Shown here in pieces: positions 1 through 12,400 of a stretch of DNA of 64,000 nucleotides. The DNA lies in NCBI GenBank assembly GCA_050273025.1, contig CP158635.1, forward strand, positions 2,666,001-2,730,000. The letters run 5' to 3'. The notes below the pieces were generated by a model. That model was not told the origin of the DNA and did not search any database. It was given only the letters and a program-made list of their open reading frames with translations. Positions within the stretch are counted from its first letter, which is position 1, and every line of letters begins with the position of its first letter. A program made the position numbers and the translations under genes. The DNA is from Cenococcum geophilum (Eukaryota).

Positions 1-2956
1 GTATAAATTCTTAATTATAGAAGTAAAATACTTTAAACTAATTATTACTATTAAGGGTGTCTATATAGACCCTAAGAAAGTACGTATAATTACTAAATAG
101 TAAGCCCCTAACTGCATTAAGGATATATAAGCCTTCCTTAGTTTCGCTAACTTCTATCGGAAATTTATATATAACTTCTTAGGCGTAGTAGCACTACTTA
201 TAGTAATAATACAAACGAAGGGCCTTTCTATAAAAGGAAGAAAAACGCACCTACGTTTTACCTAGACGCCTAAATATAAGAAGGCGTTCTAAGACCTTAA
301 AAACGCTTTCACTAAAGCACCTATCCTAGCTCACTTTATACTAGGATAATAACTCTACCTTAAAACTAACTCCTTAGACCACATTAATGTAGGTATCCTC
401 TCCTAAATAGGTAATAACGGCCTCCTCTACCTAGTCACATTCTACTCGTCTAAGCTTATACTATAAGAGTATAACTGTAAGATCTATAATAAGGAACTTC
501 TCACAATTATATAAGCGTTTAAGGAATTCTAACTAGAACTCTCCTTAGCAGAACTTAATTAGCTAACTAAAGTCCTTATAGACCATCGAAATCTTAAATA
601 CTTTATAATTATAAAGCAGCTAAACTAATATTAAGTATACTAGAACGAGTTCCTCTTTAGTTTTAACTTTAAAATTGTATATAGACTAGGAGTATAAGGT
701 ACTAAACCTAATAGCCTAATACGCCGCTTATAAGACCTTCCTTAGTCTAAAAATAACCCTTATAATTAGTTCCAATAATAGACGATTCTAAAAGCACGAA
801 ATTTAGCCCTAGGCATATTACCTACATTAGAGCTAACTATACCTCAGCTTTATACCACAGAACTAAAGTTACCTCCTAAAATTAACAAGCTTATTACTAC
901 GGCATATAACACCTCTATTAACCTATTACTATATTAACTTATTACTATAAAGACCGCTAGCGCCCATATACTGCCTATTAACCTCTAAAGCTTAGGCTAG
1001 ATTAATATAGCAGCCTTAGAAGTAAAAGAGAACAGGCTCTATTATAGAGGCCGCCTATTTATCCCTAACTTAGAAAATCTATAACGGCAACTAATCTAAA
1101 TGGCCTATAACCTCTAATTAAGCAGCTACCTAGGTAGAGGAAAAACCTACAAGCTTCTTAGCCGATACTACTTCTAGCTAAAAATAATAGACTTAGTTAA
1201 ACGCTTTATAGGCGCCTACCACAGTTATAAGCGCGTTATGGCCTTTAATATAAAGTACTAAGGACTACTATATCCTCTACTAGTACCTATACAACGATAG
1301 GCAGATATCGCTATAGATTTCATTATTAACCTACCACCCTATAAACGACACGGCCGTACCTATAAGAACATCCTTATAATAATATACTAACTTATAAAAG
1401 AGCGCCACTATATCCTAACCAAAGGCGTAGCTGTTAGTGACATTACTAACGCCTTCCTTCGCGAAGTTTACTAACTATATAGGTTACCTAACTTAATTAC
1501 ATCCAACTAAGGCATATAATTTAACTCTAATGTATAGAGATAAATCTACCAACGCCTTAGCATCTCTATTAAGATATCTATATCCTTTTACTATAAAACT
1601 GCTAGGCAACCGGAAAACGCTAATGGTAGTATAAAAGCGTACCTACGATAGGTAGTTACCTATAGTCAAAATAACTAGGTAGATTACCTCCTACTAGGTA
1701 AATTCGCAGCAAATAACTACACCTTAACCACTATAGGACTTACCCTATTCTTTGCGAATAAGGGTTATTACCCCCAATCTAGTATAGAGCCACTAAAACC
1801 TATTAATAAGAACCTACTATATAGAAAACGCCTTAAGATGCTACTTGCCGACTAGCATATAGACTATATAAAAAATCTACTTAACTACTATAAGGGAGAA
1901 ATAGCCTAGGCTTAAGCAAAGTAGGCCTACTTCGCCGACTATTATAAAACGCCACCACTAGAGATACGTATTAGCGACTAAATATAGCTAGATACACGCA
2001 ATATCTTTACGTAGAGGCCTATAAAGTCACTCGATTATAAAAACCTCGGCCCCTATTTAATTAAATAAGTTATTAATAAGGGAGCTGTATATAAGCTAGA
2101 ACTCCTACTTACCTAGCTACCCGCGGGATATAGCCTATATTTTACCTATAGCTACTACACCTCTATTAGCCTAACCCCTTACTAGGGCAGATATAGCCTA
2201 AACCCCTACTAGTACTAATCTAAGATAAAAATGAAGACGAGAACCATAAGGAGTGGACCGTTGAACGAATTATTAACTCTAAATACTCTAGTAAAGGTAG
2301 AGGACGACAGCTCTATTACAAAGCTATATATATAGAATTTGACATAAATTAGCTAGAATGGCAACTATAGGAAGACTTTAAAAATGCAAGGGATTTAATT
2401 AGCAACTTTTACTATACGAACCCACATAAACCGGGCCTAAGTAGAGATTTTATACCTAATCCTCTATGGGAGCCCTTATAGAGTTAAACCGTTATATATT
2501 ACTATATAAGGGCAAATTGCCGTTAAATTATGGTAAAATGCGATTACGTAACCAGAATATTATTAAGATATCTAGGAACTTTAACTAGCGGTTAAAGTTA
2601 TCTAATTAGTTGGATTTTTAGATACTAAGCCCTATTATATAACATTGTTTTAAGCCTTTAGCAATACCCCCCCTTCTTCTTTTCTATACCTTAAGTGTCC
2701 CTTCTACATATATATAGTAACCACAGCGTCGCCGGAGCTCCGCCTCTATAGGAGGGGGGGTAGTATTACAGAACCCTACCGTAGGGGCCTCTATAGGAGA
2801 GCCCCGTGCTCTTGCATACACCTCGCGTATAGCTTATGTCAGCTACGCGTAGGTATATCACCTCCTTACGCCCTCGACCCTTACGATCGATCGCGCAACG
2901 TCTTGTAGACTCCTTAAATACATACGCTCTGTAGCCACTACCCTTGTTCCGTGACA
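1..2956 (+). mobile_element. Ty3/Gypsy (chromovirus-like) LTR retrotransposon A, 3' part (end of RT, RNase H, integrase, chromodomain, 3' LTR), RIP-inactivated
   Basis: RIP-reverted motifs: FLGFANFYRKFI (~135-170), IYDKELL (~482-503), integrase D(IA)xDFI (~1303-1326), and chromodomain-like EEWTVERII...W (~2248-2370). Polypurine tract GGAGGGGGGG at 2751-2760 is followed by the LTR. The 5' end lies outside the window. Confidence 0.9.
2764..2956 (+). repeat. 3' LTR of Gypsy A (193 bp)
   Basis: Starts TATTACAG (RIP of TGTTAC) just after the PPT and ends GTGACA. A different RT coding sequence resumes immediately after. Confidence 0.8.
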
Positions 2957-3598
2957 CCAACTATATAACTATAAGATTAAGGTTAAGTAGGGCAAATAAA
3001 ACACCCTTAGCTTTAGCCCCCTCTATAAGTAGTTTATTACTAAATTATAGGCTATAAAGTAGTATCTTATTAATAACCTAAATAAGGGCTTTATTAAGCC
3101 TAGCTAAGCGCCTTTTACCTTACTTATTCTCTTTATTAAAAAGCTAAATAGAGGACTCCGCTTCTATATTGACTATTATAAGCTAAATAATATAACCTAT
3201 AAGGACTGCTATTCGCTGCCCCTACTTAATAAGACTCTAGCCCAAATAAGTAGAGCTAAGGTTTTTATAAAGCTTAATATCCGCTAGGCCTTTTACTAAA
3301 TTAGGATAAACCTTAGGTCTAAAAATCTTATTATATTTTAGACCTATTACGGAACGTATAAATATAAAGTACTTCCTTTTAAACTAACTAATAGACTAGC
3401 TACGTACTAGCGGTATATAAATAATATACTCTTTAACTACCTTAACGACTTCTATACGGCCTATTTAGATAATATTATAATCTACTTTAAGAATAAGCTA
3501 GAATACAAGAAGTACGTCTATAAAGTCCTATAACGGCTTTATAAGGCCGGTCTCTAGGTTAATATTAAGAAGTTAGAGTTTAGTGTTAAGTATATAAA

Positions 3599-3670
3599 TA
3601 ATTAAACCTTTTTAATTTTTTATTCTTTTATTACAGAGAATATCCGATTCGAACGGATGTGATTTTTCAA
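3599..3670 (-). other. 72-bp foreign insert in the RT of Gypsy B, resembling the 3' half of a mitochondrial tRNA (Ser-like) plus AT-rich trailer (putative NUMT)
   Basis: Interrupts TATATAAA|GTAC (uninterrupted homologue at ~38081-38092). Minus strand reads ...CATCC-GTTCGAATC-GGATATTCTCTG, i.e. a T-arm with canonical T-loop and acceptor 3' strand. Confidence 0.6.
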
Positions 3671-5197
3671 GTACTTAGGTTTTATTATTAGTATAAATAA
3701 AATTAAAGCCAACCTAGAGAAAACGGCCGTAATTAACTAGTAAGTACCCCTATGGACCGTAAAGGGGGTATAATTATTTTTAGGTTTTTGTAACTTCCAC
3801 TAACGCTTTATTAAAAACTATAGTAGGATTGCCTGGCCTCTTAACCGTCTTACTAGAAAAGACTAGCCCTTTTACTTTAACGCTATATATAGGTAGGCCT
3901 TTAATAGGCTTAAAAAACGGCTAGTATCGGCTTCCTTACTTACCTATTTTAACCTAAAACGGCCCTTAATACTAGAAACTAATACCTTTAATAGCGCAAT
4001 AGCTAGTATTTTTTTCTAGAAGTAACTAGACGGAGAATAGCACTCTATTATATACTATTTAAAGACTATAATAGATACTAAGCTAAACTACTATATCCAT
4101 AATAAAGAAATGCTAGCTATTATCTCTAGCTTTTAGCACTAGCGTATATAGCTAGAGGGGACCCCTAAGCCCATTAAGGTAGTTTTAGATTATAAGGCCT
4201 TAGAATACTTTATAATAACTAAGGCCCTTATAGCCCGGCAGGCACGCTAGACGGATATTTTATCTTAGTTTAACTCCTTCATTATATATAGACTAGGCGC
4301 TATAAACTATATAAATACTCTTATAAGGCGTAAATAAGACCTAGATAACTAGATAGCTATAAAGATCTTATTACGGACCTAGATGCTACTATAACTAAAA
4401 TACCTTAACCCTTAAATATGGGCAGAACTAAGTACGGACTCTTTAGGCGCTAAAATATATCTTATTAACTCCTTTAAACTTAACCTTATTAATAAACTAC
4501 TATAGGCTAACTAAATAACCCCCTCTTTATAGGAGTATCGCAAAAAGGCAAAGAATATTACTAGCCTATAGTCCCTTAAAAACGGACTACTTAAGAACTA
4601 GGAATAGCTAGTAGTAGTTAAAGAATAGAACTTATAGACCTGGCTTATTACTAAAGCTTATACCTAGGTCTCTATAGCCTACTTTAGAAAAAATAAGACC
4701 TATAAGATTATTAGTAACCACTACTACTAGCCCGGAATAGTTATAAATATTAACCGCTATATACAGAACTACAACAACTGCCGCAGATCTATAATTCCAC
4801 GAGATAAGACCCTAGGACTATTAAAGCCACTCCTAATACTAGAACGCCCTAGTAGTGTATCTTTATAGACTTTTATAAACTACCTATGGACCATAATAGA
4901 TACAATATAGTTATAATCCTAGTTAACTACTTTGGCAAGCGCCCGTTCTTAATCCCCTATTATAAGAATATTAATACTAAAGAGGCGGCTTAACTATATA
5001 TCTACTACGTCTACCAAATTTACGGACTACTAGATACTATTATATCCGATTATAGGCCGTAGTTTATATTAGCTTTCCAGAATAAGTTTACCTAGATCTT
5101 AGGCATTAAGCTAAAGCTTTTTATAGTATACTACCTCCAGATAGATAGTTAAACGGAAATTATAAATTAATACTTAGACTAGAGACTTTAGCCCTTC

Positions 5198-5299
5198 TAT
5201 AAGAGTATATATATTAGATCCCGCCGCGCTTACGAACAAGTTCGCAAGCACTCTATATCTTTTTAGCCATATAGCGACGTAGAGGTAGGATACGTTATA
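5198..5299. mobile_element. Very short solo LTR (102 bp) inserted in the Gypsy B integrase
   Basis: Ends TATAAG...GTTATA (RIP of TGTAAG...GTTACA). 5-bp TSD CCTTC (5193-5197) / CCTTT (5300-5304). The homologous site is uninterrupted at ~39615-39625. Confidence 0.75.
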
Positions 5300-6372
5300 C
5301 CTTTATTAACTACTTCTAAGATAACTAGGCTAAACTACTACCTCTAATAGACTACGCCTAAGCGACCCTACCCTATATAAGCTTTAACTGGGAAAGACTA
5401 GAACGACCCCAGACTATATACGAAAAACTATCTTATAAGGAAGCCTAGTAGTACGCTAAGCACTTATAAGAAGCCTAAACGGTAGCCTATACAAATCTAA
5501 AAAAGGCCTAAAAATTAATATAATAGTAGGCGAATAAATATAGGTAAGAGCCTAACTTTACCGTAGGAGATATAGTCTGGGTTATAATAAAGAACTAGAA
5601 GACAGAACAACCTAGCTATAAGCTAGACTATTAGATAGCAGGACTGTATAAGGTCCTTAAAAAGATAGGTAACTTATATAAAGTAAAGCTCCTAGATTTA
5701 ATTAAAGTTTACTCTATTTTCTCTTCGGATAAGCTACGGAAAGCCGTAAATAACCTATTACCTAGATAAAAGAATAAACCTCCACTGCCAATTTAAGTTA
5801 ATAGCGACAATAAATGGGAAATTAAAGAAATACTAGCCTATAAGCTTATAAGGGGAACGTTAAAATATTATATTAGTTAGAAAGGATACGACTTAGACCC
5901 TACTTAGTACCTTATATAGAACTTTATAGGTAGCCCCTATAAGCTTTAGAAGTTTTATAGCCGTTACCCCAACAAACCTAGACCCCTAAAGTACCTCAAT
6001 AAGTAGATAAAGTGCTAAAATAATAAAGATAATAAGTTGCCTATTAAGTATAAAGATAAGAATACCCTATGGATATATAAAGCCTAAGGGCAGGCTTTTT
6101 TAGAGGGGGGGGTAATGTTACGGCGCTAGTGGAAACTAGTAGATTGTGGCTAGTAGATATCGGTAGATTATAGCGGATAGTCATAGACAGTTTTATATCG
6201 TTTTAGACAGTTTTAGAGGATTGTATATAACGTTAAGCGGCGCTACCCTCCGTCTTTCTTTCTTTAGCTTTGGATCCTCGTTTATAGACAATCCAATTAT
6301 ATAGGCTTACGCGACCTATTTGCTGTACTTGTGCCTCGATTGACTGAGTCGCTAATAGCTATTATTGTAATT

Positions 6373-7432
6373 ATATATCTAACGCGTTACTAGAAATACT
6401 ATTAATAGTACGCTCTTCCTTATTAGCTTAATTCTACTTATTCTATAGATCTAGGCTAACTTTATCTAAGTTTATAAACGTAGTAATTACTACTAAATAA
6501 GACTAGGTTATAGGCTATTCTTACAACAGTATATTTTAGTTTTAAATTAATTAGTATATTAAGTGTAATGTGTAGGTAATATATTTAGATAAGCTGTCTA
6601 ATAGGGCTTTAATAAAGGTTATAGGAAATATAAGCCTAATATTTAACCTATACGCGCTAAAAGGGTTAACTAAAGAGTAGTTATATAATTTTATAAATTA
6701 CTTAAATATTAAGTTATATTAGCAAAGAGATAATCTAATAAATAAAATAAAATAGATATAAAATAGCTCTTGGTTTTTTACTACTTCTAATAAAGAAAAA
6801 AGTAAACGCTACTTTAAATTAAAAGATAAAGCGTCCATAAGATAAGGTAGAACAAATAAATAGAGAAGCGTATTTTATAAATAATAATATAATAGAGCTT
6901 AAGGAGGAGTATAAAGGCGTATTACCTAATAATTTAAGCGCTACTAACTAGGCCGCTACTATTACTTACTAGTTAAATAAGCGGCCCTATATTATAAAAT
7001 TACTTAATAGCCTATATAGAGATCTTGCGGAACTAGTATACCTTAACTAGCGGATTAATCTTATTTTAAAATTTTATAAAATTATACTTATATTAAAAGG
7101 CTTAATAATAATATACGCCTTCTAACTTGTTAAAAGAGATAGCTATAAAGTAGGGAGATTTAATAACGCCTTATTTATTCCCTTTAGAATATAACCTATA
7201 CTAGTATCTATTTTATATAGGTAATAAGCGTTTACCTCACTAATAGAGGATTTTCTATTAGAGTCGGCTAGCTAAGATAATAGATTATATTAAGGATAAA
7301 TATCTCTATTTATTTATACTAGATATAAAAATCATCTATAGTAATATGGTATATAAGGAAAGCTATATAATATTAAGTAGCGTTCTATACCTTAAAAGCT
7401 ATACCTAAATAGTTTATAAAATTAAGTATTAG
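6373..7432 (+). pseudogene. RIP-degraded 3' half of a DUF3435 tyrosine recombinase (Starship captain-like)
   Basis: RIP-reverted translation: CIRRVTGNAVD, then an intron (GTACGC at 6408, GCTAAC at 6455), then ...ERDQVMGHS..IFQFxINQHVKCDVQAMYLDKPSDRALIKVMGNMSLMFDPRAP..., and C-terminal PLECDP.QCLFCIGNERLP...RIF.WSRPAKMMDHVE..HL...C....C......L..V.HLKSH...VH. These match DUF3435 captain motifs as I recall them. Confidence 0.8.
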
Positions 7433-7545
7433 ATTTTAAAGACTAAATCTATATAGCCTTCTTATCTTTATTATAAAAGAAGTATACTCTATTTAAAGCG
7501 TAAAGCGTCCTACTATTTTATATTCTAGTTCTACTTTATATATTT

Positions 7546-7930
7546 ATAGCAAGGGTAATAGCGTTTTATTATAATAAGAAGGCGAATAAGTTTAGTTCTA
7601 GCTATAAAGATATAGAGGTTATAGTAGATTTACTTCGTTCTCTTTTAAAATTTTATAAACGAAGACTAGAGGAAATAATTAGAGGCTAAAGAATCTTAAA
7701 AGAAGATATTAGAGACTACTATATAGCCTATAATTATTGTAAATAACTGTATTATTATAGATATAAAAGCCGCCTTCGACGCCGCTATAAATATTACTAG
7801 TAATATTAGAAATATCTTTCTAAAATTTATAACAGAGTCCGCCTAAGATACCGCTATAAATACCTTAGATACTATATATAGCACCGTAGCTATAGATACC
7901 GCTATAATAAATATACTTTAGAAGATATAA
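7546..7930 (+). pseudogene. RIP-degraded short ORF of unknown function directly downstream of the captain
   Basis: RIP reversion gives plausible protein-like text (e.g. EAAFDAAVDVAGDIRNIFPEFVTESARDAAVDALDAM). The motif (G)ATACCGCTATAA recurs. No family recognised. Confidence 0.35.
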
Positions 7931-8447
7931 TAGTAGAGATATTATATCCCATGTAAGATCGTAGCAACTTATAACATTTTTCAACAATGCGTATATATAG
8001 ATCGAAGTGAAGATAAATTCATTCATTATACATTTGCGCAACAGCATACTTAGTATATAAATAACGCCAATAACTAAGTAATAGGGGAACTAAAATCTAA
8101 TTAAGAGTAAACTCTATATAAGTGCACTAAATATTAAAGTTTGGTAAGTTTAAAGCAGTTCCTAAATAAGTAGTATATATATAATATATAGCAACTAGTC
8201 GAAGTAGAAGTAGTCGATACACATCCCGTAACAAAGAACTCTAGTGTATATCGCATAGGTGAAACAAACTTCACCAAAGTGAGATGCCGGTCACACCTCC
8301 ATCAAAGATCCCCAACACTCTCCACTTTGAGAGGAGAAATGAAATAAGACTCAAATTGATGCACTAATTTCATATACGCAAAGTCTAACAATGTTCCTTC
8401 CATAATGGATTCACCCATTACTCAACCTATACGCAGAAGATGTCTTT

Positions 8448-9282
8448 TCAGCGACCAAAACGCAAGTCATTGAATTTTATGTCCCGCTCCGACAAAGCCC
8501 ATGGGTAATACCGTTGCCCAGGCGGCTGCACAGGGATATTCCTCAGGTATGAATGATGTGGCGCATAGTTTTTCGGCGGCGGACCATGGGAAGCAATCTG
8601 TCTCTCACCTTTGTGGTGCGAGGCTTTTCGTGGTGATGTTCGACGGCCAAGACCTCCTAGAGCCCTAGAAGGTTCCATGGCTCTCTCCGCACCTGGAACT
8701 CGCGGATAGACTGGCAGTCTCACTAACACCAAACGTTGGCCTTGGTGTTTCACATAACATGTAGGCCGTGGTGGCCGAGTTGTTCGGGGTTGATTCCAAC
8801 TTGGATATGAGGTAGTTGGCAAGTGGCTTACCGCTATGGTAGTGTCGTCTTTCCTTCTTTGACTGCCTCCTCGAATGGAAACTGGGCTGATGCTCCAGTA
8901 ATGATCTTTACCTATGGAAGAAAACTTCTGGTCGACTATAGCTCCATCGAAGAGTGATGGAACCATCTCGCGTTGGTCAGCAAGTTGCCCCGAAGGTTTT
9001 AAGAGTGAGTGAGTCTGCTCCCGAAGAGGTTTGTATGAGCCGAAGAATGCTTGTAAATTCGCTTCGGGAGTATCTACGATTTCTGGAATTGCGAAAACTG
9101 GGATTTAATTGTGTTAGGAGTTGGTGATCGGGATTGTAGTTTCCCGTATTCTGCACACCTAGTAGGTACAACGTTATGTCCGAGGTTTTAATAGTATCTT
9201 CATACCATTTCTTCAACAAGTTAGAGTGGTTAGTGTAAAAAGTTGTGGCTAGATCAGTTGAATTCACTGTAATGTTTTGCAC
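8448..9282 (-). CDS. Hypothetical protein(s) or degenerate gene (adjacent ORFs 8977-9282 and 8448-8966)
   Basis: Consecutive minus-strand ORFs in sequence lacking the RIP signature. No domain recognised; exon structure unresolved. Confidence 0.3.
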
Positions 9283-9457
9283 TCAAGGGCCAAGGAGAGT
9301 TAGAGTGGCGCAGTAGTGTGGGACTTGGAGTCTAGTAAACACGCGGCATCCTAACTTATAAAGGAGACAATTCCCATAACCGAATATGTGAAATATTATA
9401 TTCTGTGTATATACAACGTAATGCGGACTTCCTGCACAATGTGTTAGAGTAACAATT

Positions 9458-12400
9458 TGTCGACCTGAATCGAAGTTCCTTACTACCATCGTAATACTGT
9501 CTGACGACCTAGATCGTCTATACGAACTATGTCTTAGTTGTCTCGTATCTTGAGCTCGTATGTCTCATCGAACGTCTAATTACCTGTTTCTCTTAACTAT
9601 GACCTACTACATGACGACGTCGTCGTTATTATATTTGGGACCTACCTAATGTATATAAGAGAGCTTCTAGAGCCCTCTTTAATAAAACAGAGTTCTCATT
9701 CCTGATTATCCGTTTAACAGTTATAAGCCCAGGCCGTCTACTGCATTATCTTTAATTCCAAAGCCTTTATTCCTATTAATTTTAATTATTATCTTAATTA
9801 TAGACAACTACCCACAATAACTTCTTAATAAGAAACCTCTCCTGTTATTATATCATCCGTTATCCTTATAAGCCCAAACAATTAGGACGAATAAATTAAG
9901 GTTATTAAGTTAAAAGCAAATAATAATTATCTCTAGAAGTATATTAACCCATTAACACCTAAGACCGATCTACTATAGCTTAAAGAACCTATTCGTGCCT
10001 TACCCAAGGATGCCAATAGCTAGGGGAAGATAAAGCTCGCGGACCTAGATAAGGAGGAGAAGGAGGAGCTCTGTATGCTTAAAGCCGACCATAGGGACAA
10101 TATAAAGCTATACAGAAAACAGTTATCAGCTCTTAATACGTTGCGTAGCTATATCCTAAGCTCCATCTCACGTACCTACCTTATCTATATATTTAAATGC
10201 ACTACCACCTATAACATCTTAGTATCTCTTAAGAAGAGAATTGCTCCGACTAACTATGCCTAAAAGCTTTAAATAGCCACTTAATATGCAAGGCTTAAGA
10301 AGGCGCCTTAGAACTAGAACTTTAAGATCTAGTTATAAGAGTAGGAGAAGGTATACACTAAGTGCAAGGAGCAAGCTCTACCTAAGGTAGATGGTAATTG
10401 TTTAGTAAAAGACTTCGCGTATATAGTCGAATTAATTATACTAAGCTGGTTAGAATATTGGAAGAACGAGCTTAATAAGCGTAAGTGGGAGAAGAAGACG
10501 CTTTTTATCTTCTTCGAACTGGTTAAAATATACTAAAACCACTGTTGTACGGACCTCGCCTAGAAGGGCAAAACCCCATAAGGAGGATTATTTGGAGTTA
10601 CCTTTAAAGACGACTTACTGAATTTAAAGCCTAAATTAAAGCCTTAATCGTTAGCAGATAAGTAGAAGAAGGAGAGGTAACTGCTGCTAGAGTGCCTATG
10701 CGGAAAACGTTACTACTTTAATAAGTGCTGGTATATTATAGAGTTAATTCCTCGCCTATTATGGTTTAAACCAAGTAATAAAATTTAGAAGAAGGTGGAT
10801 AAGAAGATTACTAATATAACGCCTAAAATTAAGGCTTATATTAAGCAAATTAAAAAGGATAATTAAGCTAATAAGGACGATTAAGCTAATAAAAAGCTAA
10901 AGGAAGGCAGTAATTAGAGCTTATAAGGGCCTACTAGAAACTTTATAGTTTATTATATAGGATTTAATAACATGACTTCTAATTACGAGCTTTGCAATAG
11001 TATAATTCTTAACTTAGAAACTAGCCTATACGTCTTTAACAATAGAGCTAGGTTTATTAGCGATATTAAGCCTATATTAGAACGCGTCTATATAGGCTTA
11101 TATATAGAAGAAATCGTAGGCTATAGTACAGCTATAGTTACAATTAATAACCTAAAAGGGAAGAGACAGATACAGCTTTTAGGAGCAGCCTTTATACTAG
11201 GCTTTTATACTAACTTAGTATATCTTAATAAGCTTAATAATAAGGGAGTTTACTAGAATAATAAAGAGAACACTTTTTTCTATAGCGACGACGAGACGTA
11301 CGCCTACTATGGCCGCCACTATGGTTAAAATACCATTAAATATAATAAGCTAAAAAGTAACTTACCTAAGGCTTTATTTATGACTTAATTAAAGCCAATA
11401 AAGCATTTATTAAAGCCTCTACTAAATTAGGTAGAAGGCTATATATAGCACTAGCAAATAGGCCATGTAGGAAAAGACGCAATTAAGCAACTACCTTAAT
11501 TAGTAACGGGCGCGATTATAAAAGGCCTAATAACGGTAGAATGTAAATCGTATGGAGTAAGTAAAGCTTATAAGGTGGTATCTAAAAGACCTTTAACTCG
11601 GTCACTGGTTCCTTTTTATAAAATCCACCTTAATTTAATACCCGGAATAGTCATATTTAATAGCGATAAGTACGCGGTATACTTCCTTAATAACGCAACG
11701 TGAATGAATAAGGTAGAGATAATAGCTAAGAAGTCGTCCCTTACCTAAATTATTATCAAATATTACAATATTATCAAACAACGATATAGCTTTAAGGTAG
11801 CCATTATCCATATAAATAAAAAGACATCTCTTATAGGCGAATTTAAGGAATAAGTAGCTAAATAAGGAATTAGTATTAAAAGATTAGCACCTAATACTTA
11901 ATCACAAAACGGTCCAGCGGAATAATCTAGGGGGGTAATTATATAGAAGGCTCGGTGTATAAGAATTAAGGCTTATTTACTAGAGGAGCTATATTCTAAA
12001 GTCTATAAAGCAGCTACTTATCTACTTAATCGAACGCCTAGTAGAAGACTTAGGTAGAAAACACTATTTAAAAGAATCTAGTTAGCTATAGGTATATTAC
12101 TACTAAAACTAAATATAGGCCACCTACGAGTCTACGGCTGTAGGGCCTACCCTCTTAAATATAATATTCCACGCCTAAATAAGCTCGCGCTAAGGGCCTA
12201 TATAGGATATCTGGTAGGATATAATTTAATAAATATATTCCGAATCTATATTCCTAGTTAAAAGAAGGTTATAAGAACTAGAGATATAAAGTTTAATAAG
12301 TGGTTACTTTATAATAACTTATAGCTAGATCTAGCGAATATACTCTAAGTTAGAACTAACCAAATATTAAAAGTTATTAATATTTATTAAATATAGGATC

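Larger units (their letters stand above)
2957..6372 (+). mobile_element. Ty3/Gypsy LTR retrotransposon B, 3' part (RT, RNase H, integrase, chromodomain, 3' LTR), interrupted by element A
   Basis: YDHKI-like RT start at ~2968, YLD(D)IIIY at ~3462-3485, IHDKEML at ~4095. PPT TAGAGGGGGGGG at 6101-6112 and LTR starting TGTTACGG at 6116. The LTR 3' end is approximate. Confidence 0.88.

Noticed and set aside
3630..3670. Functional tRNA gene
   Set aside because: Only the variable-arm end, T-arm and 3' acceptor strand are present; there is no D-arm or anticodon arm.
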